58,915 nucleotides of DNA from Octopus bimaculoides. Taxonomy: Eukaryota. Below, piece after piece: positions 24,096 through 37,864 of the stretch. The stretch covers positions 188,876,950-188,935,864 of the forward strand of contig NC_068982.1 in the NCBI RefSeq assembly GCF_001194135.2. The letters are read 5' to 3'. Position numbers and translations under genes: made by a program. The first letter of the stretch is position 1. Every line of letters begins with the position of its first letter. The notes beneath the pieces were generated by a model. It was not told where the DNA came from, ran no database searches, and saw only the letters and a program-made list of their open reading frames with translations.

Positions 24096-25301
24096 ATCAT
24101 AGACTTACACAAACTCGATCCAAATATATTCTGGAATACAAATCGTTGAACTTAACAACCAGTGACAACCCCCATCCCTAATCTACCCCCCCGCCACTCA
24201 CCCATCATCTGCTCTGATTATGTAATGGTCAATGATGAAAGATGGAGCGTTTGCCTTCTGCGCTCCCTGTCCATCCATATTTGGATATCGGCTTTAATTC
24301 CTCAGGTAGAAATAGATTTAAAAGATGTCCACCTTTGATCTGTGCCAAGTCTCTGCAGTCAATATTGGGAATGTGGAAATGTGTTTTCTTAACTTTGCNN
24401 NNNNNNNNNNNNNNNNNNNNNNNNNNNNNNNNNNNNNNNNNNNNNNNNNNNNNNNNNNNNNNNNNNNNNNNNNNNNNNNNNNNNNNNNNNNNNNNNNNNN
24501 NNNNNNNNNNNNNNNNNNNNNNNNNNNNNNNNNNNNNNNNNNNNNNNNNNNNNNNNNNNNNNNNNNNNNNNNNNNNNNNNNNNNNNNNNNNNNNNNNNNN
24601 NNNNNNNNNNNNNNNNNNNNNNNNNNNNNNNNNNNNNNNNNNNNNNNNNNNNNNNNNNNNNNNNNNNAGAAGTGTGTGTATGAAAATGTATGTCTGCGTA
24701 TGTGAGGATTTGTGTTTATGTGAGGACGTGTGTGTGTGTGTGTGTGTATATGCGTGAGGACGGGTGTGTGTGTATGTGTGTGGGGGGGGGGGCTGCATGT
24801 CATTACATCTGCATATTCAAAACTGGAGGTACATACATAGACTTACATGCATACAGACAGGCAAGTGTGTGTGTGTGTGTGAGTGAGTGTTTGTGTATGT
24901 GTATGCATGTGTACGTGTGTGTGTATGTGTGTGCATATAGGTATGTATTGTATATATTCATACACACACACATACATATATATACACATGCCTCTGTGTG
25001 TGCCTGTGTATGGCAAAGATCAGGTGTGGATGTATGGTTAAGAATTCTGCCTCCCAACTGTATGGTTTGAAGTTCAGTTCCAGCGCAAGGCACCATGGGG
25101 CAAGTGTTATGAGTGGATTTGATAGACAGAAATTGTAAAACGACCATCAAATATCTGTGTGAGTGAAAATATCTGTGTGTGTGTGTGAGTGAGGGTGTGT
25201 GTGGGTTAGTGCGTGTGTGAGGATGTGTGTGAGTATGTGAGAGTGTGTGTGTGTGAGGTTGTGCATGCATGAGGGTGTATGCGTGAGTGAAAGTGTGTGC
25301 A

Positions 25302-25354
<53 letters not shown>

Positions 25355-25733
25355 GTGTATGTGTCTGTATGGTGCCTTGACAATGAGAGAGCTGTAAACA
25401 AGCGTCACTGTCATACAAGTGGGGGTGTTCTTTATTTCCACAGTCTGCCATGAAAACAAGTCTGGTCTGTGGGTGAGTGGGGGGAAATATTAGCTTTCTT
25501 GGAAACAGGTGAGAGCTGACAGAAAGAAAGGTATGTAGCCGTAGAAATCTCGTATACCTGCAATTTAAGGTTACTGCAATATGTGTATCTATGTATGCAT
25601 GAATGTGTGTGTGTATATATACATGTATATATATATATACACACATGCATACATACATATTACTCTACCTCCAGTATTCAAGTTCTATTTTTTTCACCTT
25701 GTTTCACATTTATGTGTTTACTCTGGTGTGTGT

Positions 25734-25803
<70 letters not shown>

Positions 25804-26118
25804 NNNNNNNNNNNNNNNNNNNNNNNNNNNNNNNNNNNNNNNNNNNNNNNNNNNNNNNNNNNNNNNNNNNNNNNNNNNNNNNNNNNNNNNNNNNNNNNNN
25901 NNNNNNNNNNNNNNNNNNNNNNNNNNNNNNNNNNNNNNNNNNNNNNNNNNNNNNNNNNNNNNNNNNNNNNNNNNNNNNNNNNNNNNNNNNNNNNNNNNNN
26001 NNNNNNNNNNNNNNNNNNNNNNNNNNNNNNNNNNNNNNNNNNNNNNNNNNNNNNNNNNNNNNNNNNNNNNNNNNNNNNNNNNNNNNNNNNNNNNNNNNNN
26101 NNNNNNNNNNNNTGTGTG

Positions 26119-26171
<53 letters not shown>

Positions 26172-26744
26172 TGAGAAAGAGAGAGAGAAAGAGATGGGGG
26201 AGTTATAGTAGACATTGAATTCTGTGTCTATTCTTTTTATTATTCATTGCGTTCCTTAATGAGAGAAGCTTAAAGTGCATCCTGCTGGGAGTTGAATAAT
26301 TTTAAACAAAAGAATCTATGTTTGTAAAGAAAGATAGAAAGCAGACTGCAAGGGAGCTGGCGGAGAAGGTCAGAAAAATCTGCAGAGATATGCCACAGGC
26401 AAAAGCACCGAAATAGTAAGGTGGGAAGAGAGGGAGGAAGATGGTGTGATATATGTCTGACCTTTGGCATTAAAGAAGGAAGAGCGGGAGGGGGGGGGCG
26501 AGTAAACAGACTAAGATGTGAAAATGTCTGTCTTTGTCACATTTAGTCTTTTACCATCAACCATCAACCATCATCAAACATCTGTCTCTCTCTACACACT
26601 CACACAAATACAGTCTCTCTCTCTCTCTCACACACAGCCTATTAACCATTATGTTCATTTGTAAGCTTGCTTATTCATATGTATGCAATCAAGATAGTTT
26701 ATGGATGGATTCATAGTATGGATGGATGGATGGTATGTATGAAA

Positions 26745-27200
26745 CTGCATTTGGTGGTGGGGCCTTGCTTTGGAAATTCCAGGGTTCTCAGGAACGTGGA
26801 ATCACCCCTTAACCACTGTTGTTCCCGGGCCTACTCTTACTCGGATTATGAGCAACTGTCAGGGTCCCTGGTATGGGTTAAGGAAAACGAACTCTAAGCA
26901 CAAACCCTCATTCCCTTGTGAGTGCTTTGGGAGAGGAAAAGGCTTGCGGAGTCAACATCGACAGCGAATCAAGGAGTTTAGCCCCTCATGTGGTCCATTG
27001 CTCTCTTTGTTACCCTTCCAGTAACTCTAAGGTAGGTGGCACTCTCCAACCCTATAAGGTAATTCACTTAGGAAAAGGCCACTCCAACACTGGTCACCAC
27101 AACCATCTTAGCCTGCTGACCCACTGTGGCCAGACCTTAAAATCTAAAGAATGGGATCAGATTGTGCAGACTGACTCTAACTTTAAAACTACCAAGTGAA
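26745..27200 (+). mobile_element. Probable non-LTR retroposon 5' region (RTE-like 5' UTR)
   Basis: GC-richer island with GTGCTTTGGGAGAGGAAAAGGCTTGCGGAGTCAAC, recalled as RTE-UTR-like; no protein motif seen. Confidence 0.35.
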
Positions 27201-27310
27201 GACAGGAAGAAAAAAAAAACCCTGCTGTGTCAAGGGTCAGTTTACATGGAGACTGGAGGGCATACTGGTCTCCATCACGATCTTTGGATTATGAAGAAAC
27301 TGTCATCATA

Positions 27311-27342
<32 letters not shown>

Positions 27343-28061
27343 TCATATGTATTATCTACCCACATATATACACATGCATATATATTACATGTACATATAT
27401 GTATGCCTATCATCATCATCATCATCATCATCGTTTAACGTCCGCTTTCCATGCTAGCATGGGTTGGACGATTTGATTGAGGACTGGTGAAACCGGATGG
27501 CAACACCAGGCTCCAATCTAATTCTACAGCTGGATGCCCTTCCTCACGCCAACCACTACATATTGTATATACATCCACTCAAAGCCATATAAATATATAT
27601 ATGGACAGCCACAATCTGTCTCTCAGACACAACCCAAAAGGTATTTTATAATTGCTTTTATCAGGAAGGGAGGGACAGGGCCCATCACCCATTATTCCAG
27701 TCTCTTCATGACTGTGGGAAGAACAGAGGTGGGTGGAATAATCTTGAAACTGTACACTTGGCTAGAATGGCAACAACCAGGTGAACCCTGCTAAAGGCAT
27801 GACCCAGGGACCAAGAATTGGTGTTAGATTGGACAACAGTTTAAGTCATCATCATCCTCTGACATGTTTCAAATGGGTTGGACAGTTTGACAAGATCTGA
27901 TGAGCCGTGGAACTATGTCAGGCCCCAGTGTCAGCTTTGGCGAAGATTTAGCAGTTAGATACCCCTCCTAATGCCAACCCCTTTATAGAGTGTATTTGGT
28001 GCTTTTTATGTGGCACCAGCACCAGTGAGGTCACCAAGACAAAGAAAAACCTCCTCAACTG

Positions 28062-28128
28062 AGAGGGGGATGTAATGAAGAGGGAGGGGGATGTAATGAA
28101 GAGGGAGGGGGATGTAATGAAGAGGGAG
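28062..28128. repeat. 21-bp tandem repeat, 3 copies
   Basis: GAGGGGGATGTAATGAAGAGG repeated. Confidence 0.9.
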
Positions 28129-28732
28129 GTGGCTTTATGTGGGGATTGTTAAAGGCTAAGGTATGGTAGACACAAATATGGGGGTCTTGCTATAGTCCCC
28201 ACCACCACTAAGAAAGCAAAGAAACAGAACAAATACCACAAGGCATTCTTGTCCAATGCTCTACCGATTCTATCATTTCATTATTCCAGATTGATACTTT
28301 ATTTATTGACGCTGAAAGGATAAAATGTAAACCATGCCTTGATGAGATTTGAACTCACGCTGCAGTGGGCCGGAACATACTTCACACACTACATTTTGTC
28401 CTCTGCTCTAACGAGTTTGTTAATTGATCCTTCAATATATTAATTACTCAATCATGTTCTAAATGTTGGCTGTCCAATATTTTATTAATTACAATGGTTT
28501 TGACTGATACACATGCAAGCATTAAATTTCACACACACGATGCACACACATGCATGCATTCATACACAAATGCACATATATATGCATGCACACACACACA
28601 CACATACCTACACACAGCTATTTAACAACATTCATACATATTCACACAAACACACACACACACACACACACATACACACATCCATTGTCATTTAACTTAC
28701 TTTCACACCCAATCACACACAAACGAGCATAC

Positions 28733-28771
<39 letters not shown>

Positions 28772-29259
28772 AACAAACATCCACCCAACATCACTTCCAC
28801 AGACACACAGACAGACAACGAAACATCCACATCACTATAAACACACACCGTATTAACATCCCAATGTGTGTATACATATATACATCCCTCACTAAAAATA
28901 AACTGTCCTATTGTAATTAGTTTTATTTGATAAACAATAAAAGTTATCTGTCTAACAATAAAAAAAAAAGACAATCAAAGAGTCTGCTTCTAGTTTCTCT
29001 CATTCCTGTAGATATTAATGGCATCGTTTATTTCGACTGAACATTTTATATCAAATTGATATAGACAGATCTAAAGTAAATTTTCAAACAATTAATGTTT
29101 AATTGTCTCTAATTATCAGCAGCAACAATGACAAGACTAATAATATTTGACAATGGAACACAAACTGTTGACTGAAACAGACCATGTTTGGTTGGCTTGG
29201 CTGCCAGAGTTGGAACACCTGATTCTAGGATTTAGCAAAAGTTTGATCCTCATCATCGT

Positions 29260-29525
29260 TTAACGTCCGCCTTCCATGCTAGCATGGGTTGGACGATTTG
29301 ACTGAGGACTGGTGAACCAGATGGCTGCACCAGGCTCCAATCTGGTCTGGCAGAGTTTCTACAGCTGGATGCTCTTCCTAACGCCAACCACTCCAAGAGT
29401 GTAGTGGGTACTTTTACATGCCACAGGCCAGACACGCAGTACTAGCAACGGCCACGCTCAAAATGGTGTTTTTTACATGCCACCTGCACAGGAGCCAGTC
29501 CAGCGGCACTGGCAACGACCTCAGT
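29260..29525 (-). mobile_element. Family E
   Basis: CATCATCGTTTAACGTCCGCCTTCCATGCTAGCATGGG start on the plus strand. Confidence 0.8.
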
Positions 29526-29744
29526 AAATAAAAGTCTCTAAAATCATCATCATCATCATCAATTAATGTCCATGTTTTCAAGATTCTTCATGGGTCGGAC
29601 AGAATTTGTTGAGGCAGATTGTTCTCTGGTTGGATGCTCTTCCTTTTGCCAACCCTTACTTGTTTCCAAGCAAGGTTCTGTTTTGCAATGGCCAGACATA
29701 ATTTCATGAAAGAACAGAACCAAAACTACATCACTTGTCTCTTT

Positions 29745-30135
29745 TGTCTTTGTCTTGTTTCAGTCATTAGACTGTGGCCATACTGGAGCAATGCCTTGCA
29801 AAAATTTTAGTCTAATGAATCGATACCAATACTTAATTTTTTTTTAAATCCTGGTACATCTTCCATCAGCCTCTTTTTGCCAAACTGCTAAGTTACGGGA
29901 ACATAAACTTACTAACACTATTTGTCAAGCAGTGGTGGGGGAATAAACACAGACACACATATATACAGCAGGCTTCTTTTAGTTTTCATCTATCAAAGCC
30001 ACTCACAAGGCTTTGATTGGCCTCAGGCTATAGTATAAGACACTTGCCCAAGGTGGCACACAGGAGGGAGTGAGCGGGGGTGGGGGATGAACCTGGAACC
30101 ATGTGGTTCGAAAGCAAACCTGTTGCCACACAGCT
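29745..30135 (-). mobile_element. SINE family A
   Basis: Tail GTTTCAGTCATTAGACTGTGGCC through head CCTGGAACCATGTGG. Confidence 0.8.
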
Positions 30136-30569
30136 ATGCCTGAGATTATGAAGCTCCTTTACACAATATCAAGACAAGGGCACACACAAACACATGCATA
30201 TACACACACACATATGCATAACAGACTTCTTACAGTTTCCATCCAGCAAATCCACTCAACAAAGCTTTGGTTGACTCAAAGCTATACTGAAAGGCACTTT
30301 ACCCGAGGGGGCTTACCCACATGGCTGGCAAGCAAGATTCTTACCCAACCGGCCATGCTGGCACCTATCACAGCCATGCCTCTCAAATCATCAATGAAAA
30401 ACCCCTTCTCCAAAATATCACTTTTCATTGATGAGATGAGAGTTGCACCAGCCTTGGGCAGGTACGCAACTCAACTGACTAGATAAGAACATGAAATGAA
30501 GAGCCTTGCTCAAGGACAACTCACTGTTTGGTTCAGGAATTGAACCCATGAACTTACGATCATGAAGTT

Positions 30570-31108
30570 TCCCCCCACCACCACCATCGCTTGACAATCG
30601 ATGCAGGTGTGATTACATCCCCATAACTCAGCGGTTCAGCAAAAGAGACCGACAGAATAAGTACTAAGCTTACAAAGAATAAGTCCTGGGATCGATTTAT
30701 TCGACTAAAGGTGGTGCTCCAGCATGGCTGCAGTCAAATGATTGAAACAAGTAAAAGAATATGAGCAGTTGTCTGGTTTCCATGCCAGTGGCACGTAAAT
30801 AGCACCATTTGAGCGTGATCGTTACCAGCATCGCCTTACTGGCACTTGTGCCGGTGGCACGTTGGGAAGTCATTTGAGCAAGGTCGTTGCCAGTGCCGCT
30901 GGACTGGCTCCTGTGCAGGTGGCACGTAAAAAGCACCCACTACACTCTAGGAGTGGTTGGCATTAGGGAGGGCATCTAGCTGTAGAAACCTTGCCAAATC
31001 AGATTGGAGCCTGGTGCAACCATCTGGTTCACCAGTCCTCAGTCAAACCGTCCAACCCATGCCAGCATGGAAAGCAGACGGTAAACGATGATGATGATGA
31101 TGATGATA
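30570..31108 (+). mobile_element. SINE-A 3' half (30570-30760) followed by family E (30770-31108)
   Basis: A-tail motif, then E array units, E tail and (GAT)n. Confidence 0.8.
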
Positions 31109-31373
31109 TACATATATATATATATATACATACATACATTACATATACACACACATTATATACTTATATGTAATATAAATATACACACAAACACACTCAG
31201 TTTTGGAAGCAGGTCCCAACCCTCAAAAATATCAAATTAAAAAAAAAAAGAGTTCAAACAGATGTGTGTGTGTGTGTGTGTTTATTTATGTTTGTACAAG
31301 TTTGTGTAACTTTGTCAGTGTGTGTGCAAGTTTGTCACTGCTTATGTGTGTTCAATCTGCACATATGGATCTG

Positions 31374-31410
<37 letters not shown>

Positions 31411-31621
31411 TCATTAACAGATGTAAAAATTTCCACANNNNNNNNNNAAAAAAAAAAAAAAAATAACGAAGCCAAAATCAAACAATACAGTTTTCATCAC
31501 TCTAATCTAATGTTGAGTAAATTAATTCCACCCTACTGCTTCTGCCACCCACCCCACAAAAATAAAACCTTCACCACCACCCATCATCGTAGTCACAATC
31601 AATATATATATATATATATAG

Positions 31622-31652
<31 letters not shown>

Positions 31653-33059
31653 TGTGTGCGAGCACATGAGCGCACAAACAGAGGTCTCATTCATCACCAC
31701 CATCTGAATGAATACATTTTGCAGTGAAATCAACCACCTCCTACTACCACACTACCTCCCCACTACTAACACCACCAACACCACCACCATCGTCACTGTC
31801 TGATGATTTTCTTCACAGACTTTGGTTTATCCCCCTTCTCTTAAAACCTAAAGCAAAGTAATTTGACCAGCTGCCTTCATATTTCAACATGGTTAATGAA
31901 GTCGGACAACGAGGGTGGCCTCTCAGCCGAGGGTGGGGGGAGTCCTGTTACTCTACCGGGTACCAAATTTACATGTTCATAAGAATCTGTCAGGGTGCAT
32001 CTCTGCTAAGGCTTTCAATTTACAAACATAACGATGTAATTTATATTTAATTACTGTACGGTTCTTAATGGCTTAACCATTTTTACTGCAAGGAGGTTTT
32101 TCTCAGCACAAGAGTGTTTTCTAAAGCTCATGCAATTGATGGACCTGCTAGAAATAGCAATTAAACCTCTCTCAAATTTTATTTTACTACATTCAGAAAA
32201 GAAGGGCACACTGGATAATATGTCAGTCTCATTCTTAGTCTTCTGCTATAACTCCATTCATATCATAAAGCCACCACCATCATGTACTTCCCTTCATCCG
32301 GGGGGGGCGGTGTTCCTTGTCCTCGGTTGGTCTGTTTCTTGGTGACCTCACTAGTGCTGGTGCCATGAAACAAAGCTCTGTAAAATGTTTGGTGTTAGGA
32401 AGAGGATCCAGCCGTAGAAACCATGTCAAAGCTGACGCTACAGCCTCACGCAATTCTGCTGCTCGTTAAACCCTGCTAACGATGATGATGATATTTAGAA
32501 ATAATTTAATTGAGATAATCTGTTTATCAACGCATATTATTATATTTAGAACGGATTTGACTGTAATAAATTTTGGAATAATTTTGCCTCGTCTCCTGAC
32601 TGTTCACAGTGCGTGTGTGTGTGTGTGTGTGTGTCCATGTGTGTTTGTATAAGTTCCACATTTCTGATAGGTAGTGAGGGTCATATTTATAATGACTCCA
32701 TCAATTTAATCGACCTTATATATAATTGCCTTTATTACAAACTACTTTAAAACAAAGATTTTTTTTTCCTAATTCCATTTAATTCCATTTAACCTCAAAA
32801 TATTTTAATTACTCAAAAAGAACAGCAATTTAGCTGAAGTGATGAAATGGTTCTGAATTCTACACTGAACTGGGTCAGCAGAGAATTCGGTTGGCAGCGA
32901 TGAGTGGTAATTAGTCCTCATTCTCATCACTACTTTGTATGTGTGTATGTGTGTGTTGTTGCATGCCTAACATATTTCAGGAGATGTGTATTCATAGTGT
33001 ACCTCCAAAGTTGTCTGTCATTTGATGGCTCACTTTAGATGTATGTTTTTGCCACCATA

Positions 33060-33480
33060 CAAAAGTGGTTGATGCCAGGTCTGTTTGACTGGCTCCCATG
33101 CCAGCAGCACGTAAAAAGCACCATTTGAACATGGCTGATGCCAGTACCTACTGACTGGCTCCTGTTCCGGTGGCACGTAAAAAGCACCATCCAAATGAGG
33201 CTGATGCCAGTGCCCCCTGACTGGCTTCTATGCCGGTGGCACGTAAAAGGTACCATCTGAACATGGTCGATGTCAGTACCCCCAACTGGCTCTTGTGCCA
33301 GTGGTGCATAAAAAGCACCCACTACACTCTAGGAGTGGTTGGCGTTAGGAAGGGCATCCAGCTGTAGAAACCTTGCCAGATCAGATTGGAGTCTGGTGCA
33401 GCCACTGGCCCTCCAGACCTCAGTCAAACCATCCAACCCATGCCAGCATGGAAAGCAGACGTAAAACGATGATGATATAT
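33060..33480 (+). mobile_element. Family E with about 4 internal 66-bp units
   Basis: Unit AAAAAGCACCATTTGAACATGGCTGATGCCAGTACCTACTGACTGGCTCCTGTTCCGGTGGCACGT. Confidence 0.85.
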
Positions 33481-33534
33481 ATATGCGTGTGTGTGTGTGT
33501 GTGTATGTGTGTATACACACACATACACACACTC

Positions 33535-33688
33535 GAAGGGTTTCTTTCAGTTTCTATCTACCAAATCCTCTCACAAGTCCTTGGTTAACCCAAGGCTATA
33601 GAAGAAGACACTTGCCCTAGGTGCCACGCAGTGGGACTGAACCCGGAACCATGTAGTTAGGAAGCAAGCTTCTTACCACATAGCCACC
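33535..33688 (-). mobile_element. SINE-A 5' half
   Basis: GGTGCCACGCAGTGGGACTGAACCCGGAACCATG. Confidence 0.85.
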
Positions 33689-33998
33689 NNNNNNNNNNNN
33701 NNNNNNNNNNNNNNNNNNNNNNNNNNNNNNNNNNNNNNNNNNNNNNNNNNNNNNNNNNNNNNNNNNNNNNNNNNNNNNNNNNNNNNNNNNNNNNNNNNNN
33801 NNNNNNNNNNNNNNNNNNNNNNNNNNNNNNNNNNNNNNNNNNNNNNNNNNNNNNNNNNNNNNNNNNNNNNNNNNNNNNNNNNNNNNNNNNNNNNNNNNNN
33901 NNNNNNNNNNNNNNNNNNNNNTAAGATAGATACACACATACATGTATACACAACCCATGCCAGCATAGAAGATGGGTGTGAAAAGATAATATTCCCAC

Positions 33999-34042
<44 letters not shown>

Positions 34043-34523
34043 ATAAAGTATGATATTAATGTAATTGTTGCTGTGTGTGTTTAAGTAAGTTGTCTATCTC
34101 TCGTGTAGGTGTTTATGTATGTATATCTGTAATACGTTGTGACTGAAGGTGTGTATATGTATGTCTGCTTATAGTATGCTGAGTAAGTGCGGCTGTTGTG
34201 CCTGTGCGTGTGTGTGTTTTGCCTTTCTATCTCTATGTGTAGTCTTTTTTACTGAGTATGTATGTGTGTGTGTGTGTGTTTCTATTATGTATGCCTGTCT
34301 TTATACACCTATTCGTAATGTGATGTGATGTAGGTGTATCATGTCTCAGTTGTATATCTATTAGTGAGTGTGGGTGTATGTAGCAATTTGTAGTCTGTAG
34401 GTGTGTGTGTGTGTATATGTACTTCTGTATCTGTAGCCAGCTGTGTAGGTGTGTGTATATAGATCTATGTGTGCATTGTAAAATGGCTACATCAGCAGCA
34501 ATGGTGTCTATCAACACATAATG

Positions 34524-34528
34524 TTGTG

Positions 34529-34626
<98 letters not shown>

Positions 34627-34633
34627 TATATAT

Positions 34634-34668
<35 letters not shown>

Positions 34669-34830
34669 CATACATACATATATACACACACACACACACA
34701 TATAGATATACATACACACATTCACATATACATATATAGGTATATACATGTATATATACATACACACAAACTTTATACCTGTACATACATACACACATGC
34801 ATATCCATGTATATACACACACATAAGATG
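34524..34830. repeat. Compound (CT)n(TA)n(CA)n microsatellite
   Basis: Visible directly. Confidence 0.95.
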
Positions 34831-35204
34831 CGTGGGGTTCACGTGATTGTGTATTTACCACATAGATACCAAACCTACACACACACACGCGCACACACAC
34901 GATGCCCACACCCACACCGAGACACACCAACAAAAGCAACACTTAAAAGTCAATAATGTTTTTTGGAAGAATTCCTATTATTGATAAATATGGCTAAATG
35001 AAGATAATGGTTTTTAATAGGCTGAGGAACTTTCCAGTGAGAAAATTATTTAAAGAATATTTATTTTGGATACTTTGCGGAACCTTGAAAAATTGATTAT
35101 ATTTTTTTAGAGGATTTTGGTGATGGTTCCAAGCCAATTCTCACAGAGAATGTATGTATGGGTGGGAGGAATAATGTGATGTAAGTGAACCCATTAAATT
35201 ACTG

Positions 35205-35364
35205 GTATAGAAAGCAATGAGCTGGTATTTTTATTGGTGTTTATGTTCTGAGTTCCGAGTCTGCCGAGGTTGACTTTGCCTTTCATCATTTCAAAGTCGA
35301 TAAAATTAGTAGCAGCTGAACACTGTTGCTGGCCTTGTGCCAAAATTTGAAATCATCATCATTA

Positions 35365-35412
<48 letters not shown>

Positions 35413-35600
35413 GAGGGCGGCAAACTGGCAGGATTGTTAACATGCTGGGCGAAATGCTTAGCAGTATTTCGTGTTTTCACATTCTGGGTTCAAATTCCGC
35501 CGAAGTCAACTTTGTCTTTCATTCTTTCGAGGTCGATAAATTAAGTACCAGTTGAGCATTAAGGCCTATGTGATCGACTTACCACATTGACCAAATTTTC
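35205..35600 (+). mobile_element. Two SINE-B copies separated by (TTA)n
   Basis: B cores near 35265 and 35500; (TTA)n at 35360-35410. Confidence 0.8.
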
Positions 35601-35751
35601 TGGTCCATATATATTATTGGTACAACAAGACTGATTGACAGAAATAATTCATTGCTAAACGAACCCATTCGTTATCCTATTTCTACTGAAATACATTGTC
35701 TTTTTGTTTTAATTAATTTTGAAAATTAAGCATTTAGTCAAATAACTTTAC

Positions 35752-36025
35752 CTGCCAGTGCCGCCTGACTGGCTCCTGTGCCAATGGCACGTAAAAAGCA
35801 CCATTTGAGTGTGGCCGTTGCCAGTACTGCCTGACTGGCCCTCGTGCTGGTGGCACATAAAAGCACCCACTACTCTCTCAGAGTGGTTGGCGTTAAAAAG
35901 GGCATCCAGCTGTAGATTGGAGCCTGGTGCAGTCTTCTGGCTTACCAGTCCTCAGTCTAACCGTCCAACCCATGCCAGCATGAAAAGTAGACATTAAACG
36001 ACGACGACGATGAGATGATGATGAT
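35752..36025 (+). mobile_element. Family E
   Basis: Two array units, E tail, (GAC)(GAT)n. Confidence 0.8.
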
Positions 36026-36061
36026 AAACTGGTGCTTGGGACATCAATAATATAATAATCA

Positions 36062-36262
36062 TTTCAAATTTTTGCCACAAGGGCAGCTTGGGATGAGTCG
36101 ATTACATCGACCCCAGTGTTTCACTGGTACTTAATTTATCGACCCCGAAAGGATGAAAGGCAAAGTCAACCTCGGTGGAATTTGAACTCAGAACGCAGCG
36201 ACAGACGAAATACTGCTAAGCATTTCATCCAGCATGCTAACGATTCTGCCAGCTCGCTGCCT
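36062..36262 (-). mobile_element. SINE family B
   Basis: CTGGTACTTAATTTATCGACCCCGAAAGGATGAAAGGCAAAGTCAACC. Confidence 0.9.
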
Positions 36263-36289
36263 TAATAATAATACTACTACTAATAATAA

Positions 36290-36770
36290 TAGTAACAAAC
36301 TTATTGTCTCCAGGCGCCTACAACTTACCAGAATAAGTAACCAAAACTGCATGAACGGTTCATAAAATAATGAACAGTAAATGAACAGTGAATGGGTTGT
36401 TTAAAATTAAAAGAAAAAAAAGAAGGCATCAGGTGCAATGTTGATGATTTTCAGGAAGCCTGGAAGATCTGAAGGATGTAGTGTCTCGACAGCTAATTTC
36501 TGATGGGAGTAATTAATTCCATGCTTCAGCAATTCTAAGCATGCAAAAAATGTTTCGAAAAGTCATGGGTGTTGTGTTGATTTTTGTTTTTGTAAGCATG
36601 TCCATAGGTTTTAGACATATGGAATTCAAAAAGGTGCCCAAGGTTGTTGTTGTTGTTGTTGTTGGAATGATGGTGGATAATCTTGTGGATAATCAAGTTA
36701 GTTTGCCAGACGTTGGAGTTTTAATGTGTCCATGCTCTGAGAAGCAAGATGTTCAGGATATCATATGAAA
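36290..36770 (-). pseudogene. CR1/L2-group LINE 3' end (frameshifted ORF2 end plus 3' UTR)
   Basis: Minus-strand frames give MDTLKLQRL, HKIIHH and LRIAEAWN*L.SEISCRD; homologous to 18.3 kb and 58.4 kb copies. Confidence 0.7.
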
Positions 36771-36795
36771 TTTTGATATAAACATTTTAATTTAA

Positions 36796-37017
36796 CCCTT
36801 TTGTTACCATATTTCTGTTGAGATGCTCTGTGTTTCTTTCACTTACTTTAAATATAACAAAGAATTTAGTAAAATAACTTAGTTATCATTAAGCTAGTGT
36901 TAGGAACATTAATTGTGACTAAGGTTTGGTGGAAGATTTTAATTCAAAACTTATGAAAACAAGACATTTTGTACTACAAAGCCAGAGCAGGCTTCAGCCG
37001 GGTTGGTAATGAAAGGG
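36796..37017. mobile_element. piggyBac-like MITE
   Basis: TTAA|CCCTTTTGTTACC...GGTAATGAAAGGG|CTAA. Confidence 0.85.
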
Positions 37018-37071
37018 CTAAATCACTTTGAAACCATGAACTCTCAGATGGGTCGGTAAGAAAAGAGTTAA

Positions 37072-37453
37072 CCCATTTGTTAGCGTATTTCTGTTGAAAT
37101 CACTGCCTTTGGTCCAGTTAATTTTGAAAATAATGAAAAATTTAGTAAAATAGTTTTGTCATAATCAACTTGGTGTTTGGATCATAAATCAATAAGAAAT
37201 TTTAATGAAAGGATTTAATTTAGATTACTTTAACCCTTTTGTTGTCTTATTTCTGTTGAAATCCACAGCCTTTGCCTTGATTAACTATGAAAATAAGGAA
37301 GAATCTAGTAAAATAACTGTCATTATTTATCTGGTGTTTGGAACAAAAATAAACAAAAAATTCTGATGGAAGGTTTTAATTTAGGGAAATTTAAGAAAGA
37401 AAATTTGTATTATAGAACCAGGAGCAATGTCAGACAGATTGGTATCGAAGGGG
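37072..37453. mobile_element. Two related TTAA-CCC MITEs (partial 37072-37229, near complete 37234-37453)
   Basis: Both begin TTAA|CCC.TTTGTT...ATTTCTGTTGAAAT. Confidence 0.65.
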
Positions 37454-37864
37454 ATCCAACCCCTTACAGGCCATAATTACATTCATTTCACAATGTTTGA
37501 TATTTAAATCCTCCTAACAGGATCCCTCAACATATTCCCCAACTTCACAGACAGACTCTACAAGTAAATTTAGGCTGAGAGTTCAGCATTTCTGGTGCTG
37601 GTGGCATAACAGAGTCTGCCCACTCCACATTGTAAAGTGGTTGGCAAGAGGAAAAACCATTCCAGCCTGCAAACTTATACCAAACTTATGCAAGGATTCG
37701 ATTCAATGATAAACCCTATACAGAGCAAAAACAGAAAGTGTTACAGTTAATGGGTGGCAGGGGCCAGCTAGAAATGCCTGGCTTCGATCTTAACTGAGTG
37801 ATTCTCATCATCTTTTTTAGTAGCAGGAAGGAGAAGGAGCTGATCTTCACAAACAAGATGAAAA

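Noticed and set aside
28999-29085. Strong acceptor TTTCTCTCATTCCTGTAG with a downstream GTAAAT
   Set aside because: All three frames contain stops; a non-coding exon cannot be supported without RNA data
33060-33320. Regularly spaced, partly palindromic repeats resembling a CRISPR array
   Set aside because: Units are similar along their whole length with no unique spacers, no cas genes are present, and they lie inside a eukaryotic retroposon
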